This document shows positions 49,436 through 64,000 of a stretch of 64,000 nt of DNA, piece after piece. A program made the position numbers and the translations under genes. Under the pieces are notes generated by a model, which had not been told where the DNA came from, made no database searches, and saw only the letters and a program-made list of their open reading frames with translations. Numbering within the stretch: the first letter of the stretch is position 1; each line of letters begins with the position of its first letter. Source of the stretch: Paraspadella gotoi (lineage: Eukaryota; Animalia; Chaetognatha); the NCBI GenBank assembly GCA_051294375.1, contig CM119265.1, positions 12,764,124 through 12,828,123 on the forward strand, given 5' to 3'.

Positions 49436-51777
49436 CAGAGATGCAGACGCGATCCGGGAGGCGGAGTGAACGCGCGGAGGCGCATGTTTTTTGAGGTGGC
49501 GAACTTGGACAAGAGTCAAAAATTGGGGAGAAGGGAGGCGAATACGGAGGCGCAAAAAACGTTCGCGTTCGCCTCTTGTGCTTTTGTTTTTATAGGCGAA
49601 AATCAAAAGGTTTTTCCAAATTAAAACCTTTCTATTATTCCAAAAATTGTTCTTTTTTTTTTCAAATTTAGATATTGCTAAATTCTGAAGCCTTTATCAG
49701 CTGCCATTTGGTTTTTTATTAACATATTTTTTATTCAAAAAAAAATTTGGTTCTGTTTAAATCTATTTTATCTAATAAGTTGTACATAAGCATATATTTT
49801 ATATATTTTTCTTTTAATACATTCATTCACTCAATTTATTCTTTTTTTATTTTAAACAAAAAATAATTAATTAATATTTAATTAATTGTTAATTTATTCC
49901 TATGAAATTTAATTAAATTATTTATTCATAATTCTATTCTATTTATTTATTTACTTTATTGATTTTATTAATCAAATAATTTTTTTATCTAGCATCATTT
50001 TTAAACTTGGATCTTTTTTGATTTGCATTATTATTTTAACTGCATCATTTTTTCAACTGGTATAAATTTTATAACATGGATTTTTTTTTTATTTATATTA
50101 TTTTACAACTTGAATCATATTTTGAATTTGCATTATTTTTTATACCTATATAATTTTTTGAATTACATTATTTTTTTTTAATTTGTATTATTTTTCCAAC
50201 TTGCATCATGTTTTTATCTTGGATCATTTTTTTAACTTGCATCATTTTTTAAACTAGCTTCATTTTTAAACTTGTATATTTTTTTGACTTGCATTAATTT
50301 TTTAACTTGCATCATTTTTTAATTCATTTCATTTTTTTTAATTTGCATTATTTTTGAAACTTGCATCATTTTTTTTAACTTCCATTATTTTTTTTATTTA
50401 TAAATTTTTTTGATTTGCATTATTTTTTAACTTACATCATTTTTGCACCAATCATTTATTCATTTTAAATTATTTTTATCTCGCATCATTTTTTGTATGC
50501 ATAATTTTTTAACCTATATCATTTTTCAACTTGCATCATTTTTTTCAAATTGCATCATTTTTTAAATTTCAGCATTTTTTAAACTTGCCTTATTTTCTTA
50601 CTTGTATTATTTTTTAACTTGTATTATTTTTTTGTTTAATTTTTTAAATTTATATTACCTTTTAACTTATATGGTTTTAATTTTATATTAAAATTTATAT
50701 TATCAATTTATTTATAAAAAACAATTTATAAAATTGGTAAAACAATATAACAATTATCCATTTGTTGTTGAGTTGTGTAAAATAATTAATTATTAATTAA
50801 TTAATATATAAGAAACTAATTAATTATTGTTTTAACTAATTAATTAATTAACGCTAATGATCGTCATCAGATCCAGCATTGTTTGCTTTTTTTACTAAGT
50901 AAAACTAAAAACTTTCAGCTTGAATTGAAAAACAAGAAAAAATTTTTTTCTAATGCCAAATAGTAAAAAATATAAAATTATGGTAATATTATAATTTTTT
51001 TAATAATAACACAATTCGATTTTTACTGATTGGGAATACTACTACATTTTTGGATTTTTAATTGATATTTTTTTAAAAAAATAGTAAAATAATATTTTTT
51101 TTTTTAAATTTAATTAATCATATTAAATTAATAAAATGTTTGATTGGAAAGTAAAAAAATAGAAAAAAAGAAAGTAAAATAAAAAAATAAAGTAATACAG
51201 AGAAAGTAAGAGAGAGAGAAAGAGGAAAAAGAGTGAGTGAAGAGAATAAGAGTAAATAAAAAGAAATAAAATAAAGTCATATAAAAATAAATTTTGTCAT
51301 TTCTCATATTTATCCTTTTCTTAAGTATTTTTTAGAAGCTTTATCTCTTTCTCTCCCCATTTCTTTCTTTTCTCTTTCTTTCTATTTCTTTCTTTCTTTT
51401 CTCCTTCTCTCTCCTCTCTCTTTTTTAAAATGTCTTGCAAAAATTGTTTAAAAAATAAATACTTTGTTAAAAAGATTTGAAAAAAGTTAATATATATTTA
51501 AAAATAAAAAAATTTTTTATTTATTTATTTATTTATTAATTTTAAACATAACAAATTGAAAGTTTTTTCATGACCCATTGATCTGAATTTTAAAAAAATA
51601 ATATCAAATACAAAACTATAAATACATTTTTTAACAAAAAGCCGGAGGCGTTAAGGAGGCGATCGCGGAGGCGATCCGGGCTAAAAAAATGAGAGGCGAA
51701 CGCAAAACCGGAGGCGAGGGGGGTCTCGGGAGGCGGGGAGTGGAGGCGGGCGAAATTCACCGCCTCCAGCATCCCTG
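49436..51777. mobile_element. Non-autonomous hAT DNA transposon
   Basis: Perfect 8-bp TSD GCAGAAAT (49428-49435 / 51778-51785); termini CAGAGATGC / GCATCCCTG; multiple subterminal GGAGGCG motifs at both ends; no ORF. Confidence 0.92.
49980..50670. repeat. ~20-bp AT-rich minisatellite (TTTTTTAACTTGCATCATT) inside the hAT element
   Basis: Roughly 30 degenerate tandem copies. Confidence 0.85.
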
Positions 51778-53217
51778 GCAGAAATCATAGTGGAAATGTA
51801 AAGTTGATGATTCTCAATGTAGAATAAAAAAATTTGTCGGCTAAAAAAAATGTTGGCGACGGGGGCGGCAGCGGCGGCAGCATCCGCAGCGGCAGCGGCG
51901 ACGGCGGCAGCAACGGCGCGCCTTTGGAATAAAAAAACCTTTGAGGAAAAAATGCGGAAATGGGTGAGAAAGGGTAAAGGTCGATTCGAAGAGGGTGAGT
52001 ACGTCGCGGATGGGTGAGGAATCCGACAGGGGGAGATGAATGTGCGCGAGAGGCTGAAGGGGGTGAGGCGTGGGGAAGCGGGAGTGAGGCGTCAACTCAA
52101 GCGGAAACGAAGACGCTTGGCGCCGGGAGGGGTCAAACGAGAAAGCGGTCCAAGGGCGAGGGGTCGCGTCACCGTCGGGAAGACGTTCCTCGCCTTCGCT
52201 TTTTTCGTTGTTGTTGTCGTTGTTGTTGCTGAAATCGTGTTCATTAAATTTAAAAATATGATGGGTTTCATCGGTTGAATCTTGATCGGGATTCTTCTTC
52301 GTCATTGTCCTCGTTTTAAAATTATAAGTTAAAATAATAAGTCTTTGGAAGGAGATGGAGTTATATTATAACACTCATTTTCTTCTTCTTTAGTCAAAGC
52401 GTAAACTGTATATAATTTTCTCTCCTTCCTTTTTCTCCATCTCCTTCCTTCTCCTTCCTGCGACTGATTTTCCTCTTTTTTCCTTTTTCTCTTTGCCTCT
52501 TTCTCATTCGATATCCGATAACGAGTAATTTAGAAGATGAAACCTTCTCCTATAACTCTTCTCTCTTAGTTGAGTTGTCTAATTGTTCGATGTCCATGGA
52601 CCAAAATAAAAAAGAGAGAAAAGTCAAAATAATACTCGCATCGGAACCAAAAATAGAATCGGATCCTCGACTCGGGTAAAATCCCCCGGAAGCTGGATTC
52701 CGCCCTCTCATTGGACCAACCACCAATCAGTTCGGGACAATAAAATTGTTACTAAAAATTGAGCTCACTTTCCTTTGAAAAAATTTAATCCTGAATCAAA
52801 AAAAAAAAAAAGGGGGGGAAAAAAAATCCGCATAAAAAATCCTCCTGGCAGAGAGTCGCTTTTGAGAGCGAGCCGAGATTAACTTTCATTAAACATCATA
52901 AACGCTTTTGGAAGAGGCTCTGCCTTCTCGTTCTGACGACTCCTCATCCTCGCTCCTCCTCCCGCTCCTCTTCTCCTTACTTCAACTCCTAATCCTCCTC
53001 CTCCTCATTTCCATTCTACTTCCTCTATTTTCTTTCCCCTTCTCCAAAAGAAAAAAAAAAGACCCCATTTTTTTCAGTTTAGAAGCCATAAAAAATAGAA
53101 AATGGAAAAAGGTAAAAAAATAAAAGGGGGGGTTGAAAAAAAAATAGGGCGAGAATTTGCAGTTTCAACGCGATCTTGAGCCGACATGTTATGACGGATA
53201 CTGGCAAAACGACAGAA

Positions 53218-53332
<115 letters not shown>

Positions 53333-54191
53333 CATTTTTCAATCCTATCTTTATATTTTTTTTTAAATCTTAAATTATTGACTACACCAGTCTGAATAAA
53401 AACCATAACGAGCCAGACACTTAATTGCGCTAATAAATGAGATTAAAAACACGAAGAAAAGATAGAGAATGAATTAGTCATTTTCTTCTTTCCGTTGAGC
53501 AAAAACAAATTAAAGGAATCGGAACTCATGGAGTCCGAGAGTCCTAATTCTTAGTCCACAGAGTCAACGAGTGAAAAATTAATTAATTAAGTCATTTTTC
53601 GATTTTTTTTTTGCACCTCTTAACAGCATTACCATTGTATAAAAACCATATTTTGTCGTTATTCATGTAAAACATTAAACGTGATTTTCATAAATAAACA
53701 GTTTTTATTTTTTCACAACGTCACAACTATTTGAAAAGTCAGCGTCATTCCCACCCTTTCCCGCGCCAAGCCGCGACCGATAATTGCCAACCTTTCTTGT
53801 TATTCGTCGTGTACCTTGAATTGTCATTCACGAAGCATGATTCATACAATAAATAATTTCACTATTTATAGATATTAGACTTTTCCCCTCTTTTCCTTCT
53901 GAAACAACAACGACACCGACTTTGATGACGACAACGTCTCTAGAGGGACGCAACGCCCATCCTCTCCGAAATGACATCCGTAAAATGACGCGTCTAACGA
54001 CGACTAAGACGACGAGGACGGCGACGTCATCGAAGTTACGACGTCAGAAGTGAAACGACGTCAGTGCGGACTGTCTGGCGTCGCCGTCGCCGTCGCCGCC
54101 GCCTGACTCTTTGCCCAAAAATAGATCGCTACGACCCGGTTCGATGGGAAATTGTTCGCCTGGCGCTTGCTCCCTCTTGTTTCTCTCTCTC

Positions 54192-54268
<77 letters not shown>

Positions 54269-57200
54269 ATAGTCGTTGCCAATGCCACATCGGCATCATT
54301 GCAAATGCCACCACCAATCGGATTTCGCCAACGAATTCGTCACCGCCGCCACCTCCAATCGGCGACGCCATCTGCGAAAAATCGGAAATATTTTCCTTTC
54401 GGTTTTTCTAGATCAGTGAAGCTTTTAAATCGACACAATGAGGCGCATCACAATCGCAATAGAGAAAGAGAGATATAGAGATATATATAGATATATATAA
54501 TATATATAATATTATATAATATTATATATAGATGTAGAAATTGAGAGGAGAGAGAGAGATCACATTGAAAGCAAGCGCTCATTTGCAGCCGGGAATCCGT
54601 GGGTGGCTCTTTTTTCAATCTTTTAGACTTTTTAATCGTTGTGATGCTTGTTTTAATTAATAAAAAACACAGTTAAACATGTTAAAAAATTCAATTAATT
54701 AATTTCTTTGTGTGTGAGTGTGTGTGTGTATAAACTATAATGACTGTACTGTAAAACAATTTGTTGTTAACGAATAAAACACATATATAATTATAAACAA
54801 ATACTACAAATATTGTTTTCATAAATTAGCCATTTGACTTCATCTTTCTTATCAGGGCGCCGGGCTGAGGGACCACCTTCCCTCTAACCGTCAAAAACCT
54901 CAATATTTCATCGCTTTCGGTCGAGGCGATGCCTGTGGCTGCGATGGTAGCGTTGGCAACACTGGCGGCGGCTGCGTCGGCGGCGGCGGCGGCGGCAAAG
55001 TTCCGTCGCTCGTAACACAAGCGATACGGTCTTCTGCGTGTGACGTTGGTATTTCGGCGCCTCCCGCATAAATCAGTCCCTGTCAAATTCACGCGATGTC
55101 TCCGTCACCGTCATTCACCGAAAACGGTGAGGACCGATCGCACGTTCACTCTCTCTTCACCCTTCACCCACCATTCCCTAAATTCACTATTACTTTTCCA
55201 TTTCCTCGTCCCTCGATCCTTTCGGCCAAGGCCAAATCAAATTGACATCAAAATTTCATCCCGTGGTCCAATCCAGGCATTCAGGCTGTCCAGTGACATA
55301 TCACCAAACATAAGCTTGTCATAGACTCGTTTCCGCCAATCCGAAGTGACACGAACGAACCTCGTGATCTTTTTTTTTAACATTTCACCAGCGATTAAAA
55401 ACGATTTTCCCTATCAAGAACCCGGTATGTCCGACTTGCTTTTACCCTGCTGATGCGCAGTCCCAAGAAGAACCCCAAGTCTTACTTGAGCACTCTCCAC
55501 ACTCTCCACTCCAGTTTCCAATCTTAAGTCTCCAGTCTCCACTCCCTTCTATGCTCCACCCTTTCCTCACAACCCTCGTTTCTCCATATCTCCTTCCCTT
55601 CTCTCTTTCCGTAGCAGCAGACGGGTGAGCCTGGCGACCGGCGACCGGGATCCGGCGACCGGCAAACCGCCGCCGAGAATTACGCGCCGACCTTTCCAAA
55701 ATATAATATCAGTGAAATATCGGTTCGGCGCCGGTTTTTGTTGGCGGAAACGAAAAATTCCGATGAGGCCTTCCGCCCTCAATTTTAGGAAGATTTTAGA
55801 AAAAAAAAAATTAAATTCTTTTAAAATTCTGAGGAATTATTCGACAATGTCGTGTTTTAAACCAAATTTACATTAATAAAGAATTGAACTATACTAATAC
55901 TAGTAATCTTTTTCGATAATTCCTAAAACCTACGGGATACAAAGTTACTGGTTTCGCCGCCTCTTTCGCCACCGCAAGGTCTTCGATTCCGACCTCGAGT
56001 TTTCGGGGCCACCACCAGCCCTTTTTTTTTTACTCGGAGGGCGGAGCTGTCTAAATATCGCGCCGTTTGCTCCAAGCTGCCCACCGCCGCTGCCCTCCCT
56101 CCGCCGCCGCCGCTCCACGCTGCTTCGAACTCTGCAGCGTCGCGCGTCGGAGGGAAACGGACGATGGTGGCCCCAAAAACAAGCGATCAAATGCCAAAAG
56201 TCGACCGGAAGCCGATATTAAGCGTTGCTTCCCCTTCCACTCGTCATCCGTCCAAACTCCTTTCATTTCTTTTTTTTTTCTTTTCTTTTCTTTTCTTTTT
56301 TAGCCATATATTCCGTTCTTTAATTTTTTTAAAAACTATTCTTAATCTATTTTCCATTTCTGATTATTTCTCTCTTCTTTCTTTTTTTCCCCTCGTTGCC
56401 TTTTCCATTCTATTCTCATTTCTTCCTTTTCCCATCCGATCCGGTCTTTCCTTTCCCTTCCCTCCCTTCAATTCCTTCACTTTTTCCACGTCGACCTGAA
56501 CTTAACGAAACTCATCGATATTTTGATAACCTGTCGTCCTTAAGATGTCGGATCAATTATTCTCTCCTCGTCGGTCACAAGGATCGAACGCAGGACCTCT
56601 CGCTCAAATGCCTCGAGTCCCCCCCTTTTGCGGCTCGGGGGGGGGGGCGTGGTTGGCGGCGTCGGCCGAAGAATGAGAAGCAAAGCGGAGTGGGACAAAA
56701 TAAATCTGTTGACGATGACTTATTAGACGCCGCCTGGTTCTTGGTTCTGGAATTTTTTTAGGATATATTAGCTTCTCTCTCTCTCTCTCTCGTCTCTTCT
56801 CTCTCATCTCTCTCTCTCTCCTCTCTCTCTCTCTTCTCCTCTCTCTCTCTCTCTCTCTCCTTATCTCGTCTCGCCCAAATTTTTTTTGCTAAACATTTTC
56901 TCTTTTTTTTTCTTTCCCCCTTTCACATCGCAATCTCGTCGGAAGATTAAAAGCTAAAACAAAAAAAAGGAAACAAAAGAAGATATAAAAAAAAGGAAAT
57001 AAAATCGAAAGTGTCGAAGAAAGAGACTAATGTTCCTTTCTTGTCAATAAAACCTCACAATGGCTATAGAACTCCGTCAATGAACCTGGATTGATGGCCT
57101 TGGCTATATTTTTTTTAATTCGGTGTTATACTACGTAGCTGTTTTTCTATGGTGGTAACATATCTCAACTTGCTATATTCTATTTCAAAAGTGCCACTAA

Positions 57201-57556
57201 AACAGTCTTAATAATAATGCGAGAATTAAAACTAAATATCAATCGTCAATTTAACAGTATATATACGAAAATGAATAAGCCAAATCTCTTAATCTAATTC
57301 GTTTAATTTATTAAATTTAAACAATTGTTCACAGTCACAGAATTTTTACGGACGAAGAAACAAAAGAACATAAATTAACACGACGCGTCAACGAATGAAA
57401 AAAAGGCGGCGACGCAGTGGAATGTGAAATGGAGGATTGGTGATGTTCAGTGCAGCGAGAAGAAAGAAAAAGGGAAAAAAGGAGAAAAACTGGAAAACGT
57501 CAATGACGTAAATATCCTTTTTTTTTGACGAACTGCGAGTATCTAGAAACAAAAGT

Positions 57557-57666
<110 letters not shown>

Positions 57667-59998
57667 CTCTCGATTTAAAATAACCAACGAACAAACAAGC
57701 GAACGAACCGACGAACAAAGGAACGAACGAACTTCCAACGGAGGAGAAGGGTCACTGACGAACGATTCGCTTCGGGGCCAAGACGTAATTCGTCGTTAAC
57801 GTCGAAACGGTTTGACGTCGGTTTGAGGAACGACGAAAGGAGCGGTAGGCCGGTCGCGCCCCTATCGGAGTCCCGGAGAATTGAAAAACCCGCCACTAAG
57901 AAGACAGCCGAAACCGAAATTCATGGGTTGGCGGACTTCTATTGGTTTTTGACTCAGGGGGGGAACTTCTTGAGATTTAAATTATGAAAACTTTTTCGGG
58001 GTACGAAAGGGTTTTGGGTACAAGATTTGGGTTTAGATAAAAAGGCGATTGTTAAAAGAATTAAGTAAGGATTATCGATAGCTTGCATACCAGAATGCCT
58101 GCGGGGATTCTTCAGTTTTTCAATTAAAAATTAACGCACAAATAATAGAACTCATGAATAATGCCACGTTAATACTCTCATAACTCTTTTTTTTTTGTTC
58201 GAGAGCAATTTACTATGTTATCCCCGTGACAGCTCAACATTACTGACTATTGTTATTCAAATATTCAAATAAGCCTGCTGAGGCGTATCTTCTTTCCGGC
58301 TAGGAGATAATCTGGCACGAAAAATCGAAACAGGTCCCAGCTCACTTACGAGATATTTAAACATTTTTTTTCGTAATGTGGCTTCTGAATTTCCGATCTA
58401 ATCGTCAATACGTTAAAATAACCAAAAATGGACGCAAGGAAATAGATCTAAAATCGTGTGATTTTCGATTTTAGCAAATTTAGTGCAAAAGTAACAAAAG
58501 CGAGAAGTTGCAAAAGAGAAAAATAAAAAATTGAAAGTGTTGATTGAAAAGAAAAAAGAAAAAGAGTTGATATTCTGCGTAGTGTTGATACGAAGGATAG
58601 TTTTGACCCCAAACGTCACAAAAAACAAAGAGGACCTTAATCAAGTGACGACGTACGCCTTCCGTTTGTCGTCTTAGAAACGCGAAACACGGGAGGCCAA
58701 CGGCCGTCAGGCCAAATACCAAAAATGAATCTCGCTATTTTTATTGTCCAGAATCTCCGAGCGACTGATGCGCCTCTACAAAGGAAAAAAATTCTGTGCG
58801 AAACTGAAGTCGCGAACAAAATATGAACGAGAAGGAAGCTGCGATGTTGCGCCTCTTTGGATCGCATTAAGATTTTGAATGATTTGCAGGAGTCAATCAT
58901 ATATGAAATATCTATATCGCAGAGATCTCCAAGGCCGATGCTGTAGTTAATATTGTCATGAGCCATTGTGGATCCGATATTCACGCTTACAATTGCCAAA
59001 GGAGGAAGCAACTTTCTTATCTGAATTTCTTGTCTGGCAGCGGCATTATGTTTTTTCACTCATTTTTTGAAGTTCCAGAGGGATTTTACTTTTTTTTTCT
59101 TTTTGCTCTTTTAATCTATTTTCCGTCTTTTGTCTTCACATTGCATCGTAATATATACACACAAAAAATTAGTTTATGAACTCATCCTAAACAGAAAAGT
59201 ATTTTTCCATACAATCATGCATGCAATCATCTCATATCAACTCTTTTTTTAAAAGTTTAACGAAGGAAAAACGTCAAAAACCATAAAAAAAAACTTCACC
59301 AAAATACAACGTGAGTATTAAAACTCCGCCAAACGACAACCACCTGAAACAAAGGCACAACAAATAAACAACACACGAGAATAACTCTGGACTCGTGTTT
59401 GCGTGAAGCGAGGATTTCATCACGACTTGCTTCACGCTCTCCTTTCTCTCACCTCGGAACCTACCTGGGGAATCTGTTTTCCTTTTTTCTCTCTCTCTAT
59501 CTCTCTCTTTACTCTCTACTCTTCACTCTCTTCTCTTTTTAATCTTCTTGTTTATCAGTTCACTTTTTCTTTTATTTTTCCTCGTGTTTTCTTTCTTTTT
59601 TCTTTTCTTTTCTTCGTTTAGCCTTCGCTCGTCGACGTCAACGGTTATTTATTCGTCTCAATCCGCTCGCTTGTATTAAATACTTTCCTCTCACATCCGG
59701 GGTTGAATATTTTTTGAAAAAACCAAGTTGTTACTAAAATTTAACTAAACTAAAATGCGTTTTTTTGCTATCAAAACAAATCCTAAATCACTTAGCATTA
59801 AAAACCACTAAAACCACTCATATTATTTTTTTTAAAGTTCTTCTTTTCTTTTTGATTATCCTCGGTTCTTCGCTTCTTTCCTCTCTTTCCTCCCTTTCCT
59901 TCTTTGAGTCTTCCAGTATCTCTGTTTTTCTTCCTTCTTTCCTTCTTCTCCACTCGCTTCTATTTCTATTACGGCGTCGTCTTTCTTATCTTCCTCGC

Positions 59999-60047
<49 letters not shown>

Positions 60048-60080
60048 TTCTCCCCTTCTCTCTCTCTCTCTCTCCCTTTC

Positions 60081-60178
<98 letters not shown>

Positions 60179-60239
60179 GCTCGCTTCTATTTTCTATTAC
60201 GGCGCGGCGTCTTTCTTATGTTTCGCGTGGTTTCTCTTT

Positions 60240-60299
<60 letters not shown>

Positions 60300-60500
60300 T
60301 CTCTTCTCTCTTTCCCGATTTTTCACTCTTGCTACTTTCCTCCTTGAATTCTTCATTCTTCCTCTTAATTTCTCCTCATTTTCTGGGTCCTAGTGTAGAT
60401 AATACAATTCATTCATTCATTCATCAACAGAGATGTTATTTATTTATCCTATCTCTCTCTTCTCTCTCCTCCTCTCTCTTTCTCTCTCCTCTCTCTCTCT

Positions 60501-60532
<32 letters not shown>

Positions 60533-61575
60533 TCCTATCTCGCTCTTTTCTGTCGCGTCGCTTTCAAATTTCAAGTGCATTATTATCGTCCCCCAGGAAT
60601 GGGTTCCCAAATTTTTTATTCCCATCACGAGCTAAAGTTGAGTGAAAGGGTAGAAGAAAAAAGTTTTTTTGAGAAAATGTCTAAAACCTTTTAAAGAGAT
60701 GTCTTAAATGCTTTCCTACGGATTAAATCACCACTTCGAATGCAAGTCAAACAAAAACTTTATTCAATTAATATCACATGAAGTGTAACTAAAAAAAAAT
60801 TTAAAAAAAACTTCAATCGAAAAGAAAGACATCTTTTTCGAAAATTATGATAGCAACAGAGCATGTACATTGTACAATTGCACATTTTACCACAGCTTTA
60901 ATTTACTTTGCAAAAAATAACTATTTCATCAATTTGACCTTAAGCGTGACTATAATTTTTTTCTAAATCTAAATTTGAAGAGAAAGTTAAACAAATAAAT
61001 ATAAATAGGAAGGTAAACTACTCATGTAAATTTTTCTCATTTAATATTCGTTCCTCTCGTGCAATCGCTTGGATCCATTTCGTTCGGTTCCATTGCAAAA
61101 ATAAATGGTTTTGTGTTTTAATCTTTTTTTCAAATCTAATGTTTATTATAGGCGACCATTTGTTAACAACGCGCTTTCAAAGAGATATTAATCTTTCATT
61201 TTTTTTACTACAGTATTAATCGTTATTGTGTTCATAGCATTGCCAACTCTCTTGTTCCTCTCAATTGCTAAGTTCTCCTCAGGCTTTAAGCACCAACCAC
61301 CCCCTGCTTTCCAAAGCGGCTTTTCATTCCTGCTTTGGATTTTAATTTCATATCATTTTAACCAGTAACGATCACCATGTGGATCTTGCAATAAATCCTT
61401 TTGTCTGAGTAAAAAGATGAAGTTAGTCGCCGTTGTCGCTCAATCTTATCCATAAATGACCGAAATATGGATGAGTCAAAAGGATCTCTCTTGATTTGAT
61501 TTTAAAATGTAGTATTTAGTCATTTGTTAAGTGGAGGCGATTTTATTTCTTTCTTTTGATTACTCCATCTCTTAA

Positions 61576-62447
61576 GGGGACCCAGTGATAAAAATGATAT
61601 CATAAAGCTTAGGTCTATCATCAAAGGAATTGAATGGTAATAGTCATTATTTTTCTTTGCACGGAAAGTGGCAAAAAAATTCCTATCTCTTTATTGTAGC
61701 GGAAACAAAATTTAATAATTATAAAAAAAAAATTTAGTTGACCCTACCTAAATATTTATATAATCCATTATTTTATTTTTTGCATTAGAAAGTATTTTTT
61801 ACTAAATTCCAATTTTTATTTTTTACTGTACAAAGCTATAATTTTAGGTTTAAGCCTCATTGAACAAAGGCTTTACAAGACTAATATTTTTATATTTTAT
61901 ATTTACTTAAAAGCAGACAAATCAAACCTAAAATCTATTCTTACAGAAACAAAACTTGTAATAATTATTAATTAATATTCATATTCATCCCTTAAATGTA
62001 AATTAACTATATTGATTCCTAATTATAACAATTAAAAATTTAGCAAAAGTACAGAATCTTTCTCTTCTTTTTATTATTTATATTACTTCAAAGAGTTTTA
62101 TTTTCATCCAATTAACAAATCATTTGAAAAGAAAGTTTAAATAAAATCAGTCGATACCTTAAATTTGATTCATTCCTAGTTTTTTTTCTTATAAATTTTT
62201 GTGATAAAAGCTGAAAATCTTTTTAAAATTAGATCTTACCTTTTTTGGAAAAAAAAATTTTAAACTTGAAAAAAGATTTTTCTTCTTACCGATTTTAAAG
62301 AAAATTAAGCTCGTGATTTTATCGAATTTTTTAACTACTTTCCCAAATGATTATAGAAGAAAAAATTATATGATCAGAACCAGCTTAAGTTAAAGGGTCA
62401 AACGTTATTGTTTTCAGCTTTTTACCCCCTGTTTTCACTTGGTCCCC
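61576..62447. mobile_element. Non-autonomous TTAA-targeting TIR element, Kolobok-like
   Basis: TTAA TSD (61572-61575 / 62448-62451); TIR GGGGACCCAGTGA versus GGGGACCAAGTGA (12/13); purine termini rather than piggyBac CCC. Confidence 0.82.
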
Positions 62448-62778
62448 TTAAGTTCTCTTTAACTCCCGCGTAGTTTTTCCTTCCTTTAATTCTCTCGCAC
62501 CTTATTTTTCTCCTTATGATGAAGGAGTCGCCCTTTTGGATTGTTCTCTGACTTCAGTTCACTTTTTTTTCTTTCTCCGCGTCATCTCGCCCTCCCCCTG
62601 AGGACCTCCCCACTGGCCCTCCACCACTTCCCAATCCTTTAGTCAACATTTCCTCCTCTTTTTCTTTTTCTCATTTTTGCCGCCTCCCCCCTTTCTTCCT
62701 CCCAAAATATTTTTTTTCCTCCAACCTCTCCAGCAACCACGCCTCGGCGACGGCGCCACAGGAGTTTTTTCTCTCTCT

Positions 62779-62840
<62 letters not shown>

Positions 62841-63051
62841 TATGGTTTTTTGTTTCTATCCGTCGACGCCAAGGAGGAAAAGTGGCGCTGACGGGGAAAA
62901 ACAAGAGGGAGACGGGGAAAAAAAATATTGATCCTTTCGTCGTGATTACAGAGCCATTTATTATGATCAGGACAGGAACGTATATATGAGCGGGGGTATA
63001 GTTCGATCGAGACTCTCTCTCTCTCTTGTCTCTCTCTCTCTCTCTATCTTC

Positions 63052-63098
<47 letters not shown>

Positions 63099-63136
63099 TC
63101 TCTCTCTCTCCTCTCTCACAACACCGAAAAAAGCTC

Positions 63137-63202
<66 letters not shown>

Positions 63203-63238
63203 CTCTCGCCTCTCTCTCAACACCGAAAAAAAGTCTTC

Positions 63239-63317
<79 letters not shown>

Positions 63318-63849
63318 CTCACACACAACATTACGAAAAAAGCCTCCTCCCCTTCTCTCTCGTCCTCAATTTTTTACACATTTTCTATTTTCCTTTCATA
63401 AAAACGTCAGCTTCCCTCGAGTCCTCATCTTCATCTTTTGTTCCCGAGTAAATTGAGTATTTTTCCTTCGCATTTCGACAGGTGCTTCGCTGCGAGGGCG
63501 GTGCGGCTGCGAAGGGGGCGTGGCTAGGCGAGGGCGAGGACGAAGGCGTGGGCTAGGAGGTGCTTTCGCATCTGCTCTTTAGCAAAGTCATTTCGGATCT
63601 GCATCTCGCGGCATTCGGTCGTCCAAACGACGCTTTACTTTTAAAGCTTGACGACGACGACGACCAAAGCGACATCAATTTTTTCTCTAATCAAACTCGT
63701 ATTTTATGACCTGAAAATTTTACCGATGGAACAACTAACGACGTCAAAACCTCGATTCAATCCAAACCCTCGCTTTTGTTTTTATTCCATTTTTTAGTGT
63801 TTCCTTTTATTTCTTTCCTTTTAGGCGTGACCACGCATACGCAAACTCC

Positions 63850-63862
63850 GTTGCTAGGCAAC
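63850..63862. promoter_or_regulatory. RFX X-box GTTGCTAGGCAAC
   Basis: Strong match to the RFX palindrome (reverse complement GTTGCCTAGCAAC). Confidence 0.5.
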
Positions 63863-64000
63863 GGGATTGATGCTTATGTAAATGTCATTGAAACTCGGAT
63901 GCCGAGGGGAAAGAAGACTAAGCCGCTCCCGCGACTAAAAAAATAGCGAGAGGAAGGAAGAGAGAGAGAGATGAGAGAGAGGAGAGAGTAAGTAGAGATA

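Noticed and set aside
58078-59050. Possible TIR element (cagaatgcctgc / gcagcggcattatg)
   Set aside because: Match too weak and no TSD

Overview
Eukaryotic (probably invertebrate animal) DNA, very rich in (AG/CT)n microsatellites, with assembly gaps and stretches of raw long-read quality. I found no recognisable host protein-coding gene, and almost all ORFs in the track are microsatellite or N-run artefacts. The best-supported feature is a full-length, apparently young Ty3/Gypsy retrotransposon of the CsRN1/Kabuki type on the minus strand (34741-40884). It has paired LTRs, a PBS, a PPT, gag with a CHCC motif, a GGGAAAC -1 frameshift site and an intact PR-RT-RH-IN pol. Its unusual traits are a tRNA-like A-box/B-box module at the LTR edge, a DGG protease motif, a ~100-aa Thr/Ser linker, and splice signals that could remove all of gag-pol. 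A second ~4.8-kb unit (about 9236-14061) is bounded by direct repeats. It carries a frameshifted protein with BEL/Pao-type triple zinc knuckles and a second intron-containing unknown ORF, but no RT or integrase. The rest of the window holds non-autonomous DNA transposons (hAT, two TTAA/Kolobok-like, one foldback), minisatellites, a 49-bp hairpin, and GC-rich islands with repeated RFX X-box-like, CCAAT, E-box and nuclear-receptor motifs. All alignments were done by eye.
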